Of a stretch of DNA of 64,000 nt, positions 56,789 through 64,000 are shown in pieces. The stretch covers positions 6,082,139 through 6,146,138 of the forward strand of contig OW818698.1 in the NCBI GenBank assembly GCA_942493375.1, written 5' to 3'. The position numbers were made by a program, and so were the translations under genes. Position 1 is the first letter of the stretch. Each line of letters begins with the position of its first letter. This DNA comes from Abditibacteriota bacterium (GTDB lineage: Bacteria; Armatimonadota; UBA5829). The notes beneath the pieces were generated by a model that saw nothing but the letters and a program-made list of their open reading frames with translations, was not told the DNA's origin and made no database searches.

Positions 56789-56923
56789 TTTTGCTCCTTC
56801 GGTTGTCGGGTACCGCACAATGAACTGTTACATGAATTAGTAATATACTATATTAAGGATTACAATAGACAGCACAGATGCTGCAGATTATTATATGCCA
56901 TTATCAGAAAGGAATGTGAAATC

Positions 56924-58111
56924 ATGAGTATAACTCCTGAGGAAAACAAACCAAACCCCGAATGCAATTGTCCGAAAGATAAACCCGAGATTTTAAGTAT
57001 TATACAACAAGCGGCTTTTGCAACTGATACGATTGCCGATCCCTTTGCAGGCAGTGAACCACCGCGTATTTCTAATCGGATTTTAAATTATCGCCGTATC
57101 CAGCCTTGGGAGAACTACTTCCTCGCTTCAGCCATTTGTTCGGTGGCAATTGCGAAAGGAGCAGATGAAGAAGCTTTAAAAACTATCGGGCGAGAAAAGG
57201 TCAATAACGGGTTTCATTTTTTCTCTGCCATCACAGGCGATATGTTCACAGTGCTTTATGCAACCGATAAGCCCTCTGACAGCGGTATTACCAATTATTT
57301 CTTTATGCCCCAGGTTGTAAAGAAAGCATATGCAGCATTCGGTTATGACTGCATTTATCTGTCGAATGCACAGATTCGAAAAGATTTCGGAGCAGCGATG
57401 AATGCCATCAAAGCTTCTGTGGACAAAGGCATCCCGGTGCTGGCATGGGGTATGGGTAATGTGACAATGGGAAATGGCAATCACTGTGATCTGATGCCGG
57501 AAGGGTGCCTGATCGGCGGGTATGATGAAAACGACCTGCTGTATGTCAATCTTTATCCGGGACCGGACCGAGTGACTGTGGACGACGACGGATACACCGC
57601 CATTATCAATGGACTTGATAACACATATGGACTGTTCTTTGTAGGTGATCCAATACAACAGCCGGATTTGGGTAGAATCTATCGAATGGCGATTGATAGT
57701 GTTCCCTACTTCATGGCATTACCGCCAGCCGACGGATATGTGTTTGGGCAGACAGCCTTTGAGAAATGGGCGGACACACTTCTTGATGAAAGCCGATTTG
57801 CGGATAAGACCGATGAGGAATTGGGCGGCATCTGTTGGGATTTACACTGTTCACCCTACTGTAACGTATCTACCAGTGCAGCGGAAATATTCGTCCGGGC
57901 TGGCGCAGAGTTATACAATATAGAACCTGCAAAAGAACTGCTGCCGTTATACGGAAGATTCACACAGCTGCGACAGGAAATATGGACTCTGCACGGCGAT
58001 TTCTTCCCACCGATGGACAAATTCAGAACACGAGAATTCCGCAGCAATATTGCCGAAATACTGAGGCAAATTGGTGGAGTTTGCAGCGAAATACTTGAAG
58101 TATTTAGCTAA
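56924..58111 (+). CDS. Hypothetical 395-aa protein, possibly of the BtrH-N/DUF4872-like peptidase fold. Very tentative.
   Basis: N-terminal CNCPKD Cys pair. Intact ORF between repeat blocks. Confidence 0.3.
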   Translation: MSITPEENKPNPECNCPKDKPEILSIIQQAAFATDTIADPFAGSEPPRISNRILNYRRIQPWENYFLASAICSVAIAKGADEEALKTIGREKVNNGFHFFSAITGDMFTVLYATDKPSDSGITNYFFMPQVVKKAYAAFGYDCIYLSNAQIRKDFGAAMNAIKASVDKGIPVLAWGMGNVTMGNGNHCDLMPEGCLIGGYDENDLLYVNLYPGPDRVTVDDDGYTAIINGLDNTYGLFFVGDPIQQPDLGRIYRMAIDSVPYFMALPPADGYVFGQTAFEKWADTLLDESRFADKTDEELGGICWDLHCSPYCNVSTSAAEIFVRAGAELYNIEPAKELLPLYGRFTQLRQEIWTLHGDFFPPMDKFRTREFRSNIAEILRQIGGVCSEILEVFS

Positions 58112-58367
58112 TCTGAGCTCATTTTGGTGTTTCGGCAGTTTAATTAAAAGGTGAGGAAGGGTGAGGGTAAAGAGTGAGTGGACTGCCACCTTAAATTAGC
58201 ATGTTCGGAAGCAGGGACAAAAGCTGAGGCAATCTTGAATGATTCGCCTTAGCGCAGACGGCGGTTTCGGGACTTCCGGGTTGGGTATAGGTTAGTGATT
58301 ACTCCGGTAGATAGTTATCCAACCCTCAAGTTCCCGAAACACCAACAGTGTAACTACAAATGATCCG

Positions 58368-58425
58368 ACGCCATATCTTCGGCAGTTCCACTTCGTTCGA
58401 CTACCGAAGAAACTCGAACCCCAAA
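58368..58425. repeat. Family-6 unit C hairpin copy
   Basis: TGATCCGACGCCATATCTTCGGCAGTTCCACTTCGTTCGACTACCGAAGAAAC. Confidence 0.75.
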
Positions 58426-58494
58426 AAGATTCTGGGATTCTGTTACGGATGCGATTGCAAATCGCATCCGAGCGTGTGGTAGCCCATTATTGTT

Positions 58495-61400
58495 TCATTT
58501 CACTTGTGCCATGTTCCATACTCCACAGGACCCACCTCCCTGGCCTGTATAGCCCGGATGGATGCTCAGGGTATCAGAACTAGTAGCATCGAATGTAGCT
58601 CCGGTAGCCTTGATGTGTTCGGCATTGGCATCGAATAATCGTCCAAACTGCATTTCGCGATGGAACACTGGAAGCCTGCTATTCTTAATCAAATCGGCGA
58701 CGAGACTGCCGTCCGCTCTAACCACCTGAAGCGAATGGATTACCGTACTATCAAATGCCGGATTGGAGTTGCAGGTGACGCTCAAGATAATCCGCCCAGG
58801 CATTTTTGCACCTAACGGCAGAGCTAAAGGAGATGAAACCTCGAACGCATTGGCCAGATTATGTCTACCAATAAGCCTCAGCGATTTGCCGGTGTTGTCT
58901 TCCGAATAGAAGCTGAGGGTGGTACCATCGGTATTGCCTTTGTTATACGGTTCCATGTTTGCCGACCATGTTAGGAACAACGAGTCCCCGGGCTTTCCGA
59001 TTGCTGCTTCTTTAAGAGAAGACGGCTGAGTCTTCGGATTAAATTCGGCCTCAATTATATCCAGCCAGTATTGCAGCTTTGCGTGGCGTTTTTTGAGTTC
59101 GAGTTCCATCGTTTTGGATTTCGCAGAAGGAACTATATAGAAGAGTCCTGCCGTTTTTAAATTGAGTTCGAGTGTGACCTGGGCCGATGTGTGATTACCG
59201 AGTTTCTTTCCACTCATAAAATCATATATCACAAATGGTGGCTTTACAGTAGTGGTGAACTGTGCGGTACTGTGCGAGCCAGGCATATTGTATGTATAGG
59301 GCACATCATTAGGCGCAAATGGCCCTTTGTAATCCTCAAGGCTTTTGCGGCTGAAGAGTGCTGCTACCTCACCGTTGGCGGTTTTGTATCGCTGCAGATA
59401 ACAGTTGCTCTCTTTGCCATCTGCAGTAATTGCTCTGTCTTTGAACACTTTCCACAAAACATATTTCTCAATACCCAGAGTTCCATCGTTGCCGGGACTA
59501 AAATGCAGATAGTATATTTTGCTGCCGTTTTTCAATTCAACCACGGAGGCCAGCGGTGTATTGCCACTGCTCACCAACGGTCTTGCCGAAGCTGATATCT
59601 GATATAACTGTCCTGAATATGAGAAACCTATCTTCTCGCCGGTGCTGCTGACAACTGCATCACCCTTAATATCTTGCATTGCTCCTGAGCTAACAGACCC
59701 CACAAAGTCTGCAAAGAAATCGGGGCTGTTGATTGAAGTTCCATCCCACCATATATCAGTATAGTTGGTGGCATCCATCTTGTTACCAACTGATGATCCA
59801 TACATAACGATGCTCATGGCATTCTTCTTAGCAGCTGACACCAGGTCCGCGGCAAAGTATTGAGGCAGCGCGGAAGCCTCGCACAATACCACACGTGCTT
59901 TATCCAGGGCCTTGAGATCATTGCAAGATCGATAATCCATAGCTATCCAGGGATAACTTGTTTTATCCAGAGCTTTTTCAAGCGTGTTCTTGTTGTTATA
60001 GGAAATCCAAAATGGCTGACTGCGACCAACCAGAATCGCTTTGTCATATCCCGACAGATGTTCGGGTGAGTCAGAGGTGGAATCGTTATATCCAAATGCT
60101 TTAGAAAGGAAGTCCACATAGCGTCGGAATTCATATTCGTTAGATTGTGAATTAGTATTACCGCAGATCCAGTCATTTTGCATGCTGTCATAATGACCCG
60201 CAGCATTCAGAGCATACCAGAAAATGTATGCAAATTCGGGAGCCAGATAAGCAGGTCCACCACCGCCAAGTCCCGACTCTCCGATCAAACGATGATGTTT
60301 CCCATATTTGGCTGCCATTTGCCGCCAAACAGGCAAGCTCTTGTAAGAACGTGCAATATTGCCGGGATGATAAAAATGGGTTTCATCTATCAGTGTTTTA
60401 ACATTTGATAAGCGCATCAGACCTAAATAGTCATTGCCGTTTTGCCAGTTGTCGCCATTCGGCATAATGGTAAGACTTGTTCCCGATGCCTGTCCTGCTG
60501 AGCCAATTGTATCGACCAGCTTCAGATATCCATAATGGACCAGCATAAGATGAATAAAGAAGTTTTTCGAACTAAATGTGGCTCCGGTGCGTTTCTTGAG
60601 TGCATCATGCTGTTCGTTTGTGGAAAATCCGTTCAGACACGGTAGATATTGAGACCATGATGATAGTCCCAGCTCATGTGGATTAAGCGCTACACCAGCA
60701 GCATCTTTCACATACTCGAGAAACGTCATTGTTTTAGGACTCTTAGTGCCTAGTTTTCCTATTTTAAGGCCGTTGTCTAACCCCTGCAAGGCATCGCGAT
60801 AAGCTTTTACATCTGCTTCACTGTAGCCATACTGCCCCCAGTAAGGCCATACGCAGTCTATAAACTGAAATTCGGGGATACCGCCTAAACCAACTCTCCT
60901 TATAGCTTCGGAAAACCCGTCAGCAATGGCTGGGTTGCACCAATCCATCTCATGGAAAGCGCTGGAACCTCTGGGGTCTGTATCACTGGATTTACCCGTC
61001 CAGTCCACTGCATGGGCTTGTTTTTCACTCACATAAGGTTCCAAATCAAATATACCGCCTACCTGGTATACGAACGGAATGTTGTGTTTGGACAGCCATT
61101 CCTTCTCAGCTACAAGTGCAGGCAGATAGCTGTTGCAATTCACGCCAAGGTTGGGTAATATGCCTTTCAGAGTGAGTATCTGATTGCGGCCTTTGGGCGA
61201 CATCAGCTCTGTAGTGGATGTGCCGATATACACGACGTGTTGTCCACTCATAGGAGTTGTCTTAGGGATCACCGGCGGCAGAGCATAACCTCTAAAACTC
61301 CAATCGATGTCATATAGACTCGTAGACTTTCCGGATGAGTCGACAAACTCAGCAGATTCCAGCGCAACTGTAATCGAAGAAGCAGCACCAGAGAATTCAA

Positions 61401-61911
61401 ATCGAATAGCATCCCCATAGGAAGATTTTGCGCCATTCCATCTGGCATTTGTTATAACAGTATCGATTACATGGCCGACAGTAAAATCGTTGGGCGCAAA
61501 AGTTTTAGAGAATGATGCAAGGCCACTCTCGCCGGTATAGGCTGGGTCATAATGCTCAAGAGTATTGTAAAGTACAGATATAGCCAGAGTTGGCGAACCG
61601 GTCATTTCAACGACCCTAAAACGCACTTTGGTCTGTTTTATGTCCGCAATTACACCAGTTGGAATCGCGATAAAACCGGATTGCTCCGGAGTGCTGGGAT
61701 TGTCGGACCATTTGATTTGCAATATCTTTGCAGAACCAGGTGTCTGATCAATCAGAATAGCCTGTGGTACATCACCCCCGAGTATACCTGTAGTATTTTT
61801 AAGCGCAGAGCTCAAAATGGAGTCACTCATCTGATTTATTCTGTCAGCCTGAGATATCCCCTGCGATAGAAAAGTTAGCAGGCAAGCTAGAACTGTGATG
61901 TGCTTGATCAT
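58495..61911 (-). CDS. Large secreted protein of unknown function (about 1139 aa)
   Basis: Preferred start MIKHITVLACLLTFLSQGISQA, which has a signal peptide and AAGGA at 7-nt spacing. Beta-rich. No family recognisable by eye. Confidence 0.5.
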   Translation of the reverse strand: MIKHITVLACLLTFLSQGISQADRINQMSDSILSSALKNTTGILGGDVPQAILIDQTPGSAKILQIKWSDNPSTPEQSGFIAIPTGVIADIKQTKVRFRVVEMTGSPTLAISVLYNTLEHYDPAYTGESGLASFSKTFAPNDFTVGHVIDTVITNARWNGAKSSYGDAIRFEFSGAASSITVALESAEFVDSSGKSTSLYDIDWSFRGYALPPVIPKTTPMSGQHVVYIGTSTTELMSPKGRNQILTLKGILPNLGVNCNSYLPALVAEKEWLSKHNIPFVYQVGGIFDLEPYVSEKQAHAVDWTGKSSDTDPRGSSAFHEMDWCNPAIADGFSEAIRRVGLGGIPEFQFIDCVWPYWGQYGYSEADVKAYRDALQGLDNGLKIGKLGTKSPKTMTFLEYVKDAAGVALNPHELGLSSWSQYLPCLNGFSTNEQHDALKKRTGATFSSKNFFIHLMLVHYGYLKLVDTIGSAGQASGTSLTIMPNGDNWQNGNDYLGLMRLSNVKTLIDETHFYHPGNIARSYKSLPVWRQMAAKYGKHHRLIGESGLGGGGPAYLAPEFAYIFWYALNAAGHYDSMQNDWICGNTNSQSNEYEFRRYVDFLSKAFGYNDSTSDSPEHLSGYDKAILVGRSQPFWISYNNKNTLEKALDKTSYPWIAMDYRSCNDLKALDKARVVLCEASALPQYFAADLVSAAKKNAMSIVMYGSSVGNKMDATNYTDIWWDGTSINSPDFFADFVGSVSSGAMQDIKGDAVVSSTGEKIGFSYSGQLYQISASARPLVSSGNTPLASVVELKNGSKIYYLHFSPGNDGTLGIEKYVLWKVFKDRAITADGKESNCYLQRYKTANGEVAALFSRKSLEDYKGPFAPNDVPYTYNMPGSHSTAQFTTTVKPPFVIYDFMSGKKLGNHTSAQVTLELNLKTAGLFYIVPSAKSKTMELELKKRHAKLQYWLDIIEAEFNPKTQPSSLKEAAIGKPGDSLFLTWSANMEPYNKGNTDGTTLSFYSEDNTGKSLRLIGRHNLANAFEVSSPLALPLGAKMPGRIILSVTCNSNPAFDSTVIHSLQVVRADGSLVADLIKNSRLPVFHREMQFGRLFDANAEHIKATGATFDATSSDTLSIHPGYTGQGGGSCGVWNMAQVK

Positions 61912-61994
61912 TCCGGAGTCCTTCTTTCGATGTTGTCCAATTTCGAGCATTATTCCCCAAGCTCTGCTTTCATCCTGCAGTAGGGACGAAAATA

Positions 61995-62360
61995 CCCGTT
62001 AGCCCTGAGTAGCCGCAGGCGTATCGAAGGGCGGCTGCGGAGAGACCAACCCGGTAGGTCGTGTACAACCGACCGCCCTTCGATACGCTGCGCTACTCAG
62101 GGCTAGCGGGATTATTTTGTTACTTCGGTTGTCGAGTGCAACGGAACAGCCGAAGTCGGGTTTGTAATCAGTGTGATTGCAAATGATCTGACACCCCATC
62201 GTAGGCAGTTCGACTACCAAAGGAATCCTGTTTTAGTTACTTCGGTTGTCGAGTGCAACGGAACAGCCGAAGTCGGACTAATACCACGTATGGTTGAATG
62301 TGATACGACGCCGTATCTTCGGCAGTTCCACTTCGTTCGACTACCGAAGGAACGCCGCTT
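61995..62360. repeat. Family-6 modular repeat cluster (A palindrome plus 2xB plus 2xC), the largest copy
   Basis: A near-perfect 35-bp-arm palindrome (TAGCCCTGAGTAGCCGCAGGCGTATCGAAGGGCGG...CCGCCCTTCGATACGCTGCGCTACTCAGGGCTA), then two B units and two C units. Confidence 0.8.
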
Positions 62361-62395
62361 TCCCTTCCTGAAGCCTAAAGCCTGAAGTCTGAAGC

Positions 62396-63628
62396 CTATT
62401 CTCTGTCAGTGAGAGTGCCAAAATTTCTCAGGCGTGGAAAGGCCAGTGACCAGATACCCACAACCAATAGTGTGCCGATTCCGCCGACAACTACTGAGAG
62501 TTTGGGGGTCATATACTGGGCTGTAAGTCCGGATTCCAAACCGCCGATTTCGTTCGACGAACCTATAAATACATAATTCACGGCAGACACACGCCCAAGC
62601 ATGTCGTCCGGTGTGAGCATAAGCATCAGAGTCCTGCGCACTACGACACTTATGTTATCAAGTGCGCCGGTGAGGAAGAGCATTATCCATGACAGAACAA
62701 AATTGTGTGAAAGGCCAAATACTATGGTTGCCAGGCCAAAACCGGCAACCGCAGTAAACATTGCACGACCAGCATTCCGCATCGGTGGTAAATGGGCTAA
62801 CAAAACAGCCACAATAAATGCGCCTGCTGCAGGTGCTATGCGCAGCAGTCCAAGACCGTGTGCACCGACATGCAGGATGTCTTTTGCAAAAACAGGGAGC
62901 AGATAGACCGCACCGCCAAGCAATACAGCGAAGAGATCGAGCGATATTATACCAAGCAGCAGTTTTGTTTTCCATACAAAACGCGCTCCAGCCAATAAAT
63001 TCTGCATCGACATTGAGCCTACAGATACACTGGATTTTATCGGAATTGTGAGAAGTAGCACGATATAAATCATTCCAAATACTGCAGTCGTAATATATAC
63101 AGCTGTTATACTCCAGGTTATGATTACTGCACCTAAAGCAGGACCTGCTACCGCAGCTATTTGAAATAAACTAGACTGCCACTTTACAGCATTTTCTAAT
63201 ATTTCCGTCGGAACCAATAATGGAAAGATAGACTGAGACGAAGGGCGCTGTAAAGTAGCAAATGAGGCGTCCATAAAAAGGAGTATATACATCAGACGAA
63301 TGGAGCCATGTCTTGCGGAGACATATGCCAGTCCGAGGGAACAGAGTGCTACACCCATTACACAGACTGCAGTAACAGTTCTCCTGCTATACCTGTCTGC
63401 CAGGTAACCAGCAGGCAGGCTCAAAATGAGCATTGGAATAGCTTGAATTCCGCCGACCAGTCCCAGATCCAATGGACGACCAGTGCGGGTATATATATCC
63501 CATCCGATAGCAAGTCCCTGCGCACCTAAGCCAATCTGTAATAGCAGATTGCCAAACATATATCGCATGAGGGTTGGTATACGAAAAGCAGCGTATGGGT
63601 TGTTTGTTGCAGGAATTTTATCGGACAT
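62396..63628 (-). CDS. MFS transporter
   Basis: Twelve predicted TM helices. The MFS motif-A-like sequence GYLADRYSRR lies after TM2. 410 aa. Confidence 0.75.
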   Translation of the reverse strand: MSDKIPATNNPYAAFRIPTLMRYMFGNLLLQIGLGAQGLAIGWDIYTRTGRPLDLGLVGGIQAIPMLILSLPAGYLADRYSRRTVTAVCVMGVALCSLGLAYVSARHGSIRLMYILLFMDASFATLQRPSSQSIFPLLVPTEILENAVKWQSSLFQIAAVAGPALGAVIITWSITAVYITTAVFGMIYIVLLLTIPIKSSVSVGSMSMQNLLAGARFVWKTKLLLGIISLDLFAVLLGGAVYLLPVFAKDILHVGAHGLGLLRIAPAAGAFIVAVLLAHLPPMRNAGRAMFTAVAGFGLATIVFGLSHNFVLSWIMLFLTGALDNISVVVRRTLMLMLTPDDMLGRVSAVNYVFIGSSNEIGGLESGLTAQYMTPKLSVVVGGIGTLLVVGIWSLAFPRLRNFGTLTDRE

Positions 63629-63705
63629 ATGAGCTTACTACCGCAATATTTTCCCATACACATAGTTACATCGTCAAATGAAAGTGTTCACTAGTAACCG
63701 TTTAG

Positions 63706-63866
63706 TTGCTTCGGCAGTTCCACTTCGTTCGACTGCCGAAGGAACGAAAATGCCCGTTAGCCCTGAGTAGCCGCAGGCGTATCGAAGGGCGACTGCGGAG
63801 AGCCCACCCGGTAGGTCATGCACAACCGACCGCCCTTCGATACGCTGCGCTACTCAGGGCTAGCGG
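63706..63866. repeat. Family-6 repeat (C unit plus A palindrome), followed by a T8 run
   Basis: TTGCTTCGGCAGTTCCACTTCGTTCGACTGCCGAAGGAACG then the A palindrome, then ATGTTTTTTTTGG. Looks like a bidirectional terminator. Confidence 0.75.
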
Positions 63867-63891
63867 ATGTTTTTTTTGGTTCCGGCTGTGC

Positions 63892-64000
63892 CTACTTAGG
63901 CAAACTACGGAACAGAATGATATTGCCATCTATGTCGTAGAAACGAAACGATTTTGCACCCCAAGGCCATAGTTGAGGCTCTGTTGTACCTTTGATATTG
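63892..64000 (-). CDS. Glyoxalase/VOC family protein, C-terminal end only. The gene continues beyond the window.
   Basis: The minus-strand translation ends ...NIKGTTEPQLWPWGAKSFRFYDIDGNIILFRSLPK*, which matches the VOC C-terminus (WG.k.f.f.DPDGN.i.f). Confidence 0.5.
   Translation of the reverse strand, partial: NIKGTTEPQLWPWGAKSFRFYDIDGNIILFRSLPK

Overview
64 kb window from a bacterial chromosome, roughly 46-48% GC by eye and densely coding with about 50 genes. It looks like an accessory, carbohydrate-active region. At least eight secreted glycoside-hydrolase or CBM-bearing proteins are present. Two pairs are paralogous. There is also a GHL6-type glycosidase followed by a BadF-type sugar kinase and two UPF0309/SIS proteins. 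The most unusual locus is a co-directional array of six paralogous genes at 30.8-36.5 kb. Each has an N-terminal CxxC...CxxC zinc ribbon and a DUF4190-type two-helix membrane anchor. Three full-length members then carry a pseudopilin-like helix plus an H-X9-DG (DUF1559) domain, but none has a prepilin leader. A stand-alone SecD periplasmic (P1) domain protein sits inside the array. Other notable genes are a 1380-aa poly-HAMP methyl-accepting chemotaxis protein built from about 279-bp intragenic tandem repeats with a Cys-rich PAS domain, an AroK-AroC (shikimate kinase-chorismate synthase) fusion, an RNase HI-DNA methyltransferase fusion preceded by a COG1579 zinc-ribbon coiled-coil protein, and a glycyl-radical enzyme with no adjacent activase. 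Cell-envelope genes (wecB, wecA-like, uppP, a frameshifted AI-2E transporter), glyA and rpiB are also present. The intergenic DNA carries at least six families of hairpin-forming repeats. One family shows compensatory stem substitutions. One modular family saturates every intergenic gap between 55.7 and 63.9 kb and abuts a truncated TIM-barrel gene. A cluster of three DnaA boxes lies in a 674-bp leader. I did not recognise any rRNA or CRISPR array, and I cannot exclude a tRNA by eye. The DUF1559 expansion and the glycoside-hydrolase content suggest a PVC-superphylum (Lentisphaerae, Planctomycetes or Verrucomicrobia-like) polysaccharide degrader, but that is inference only.
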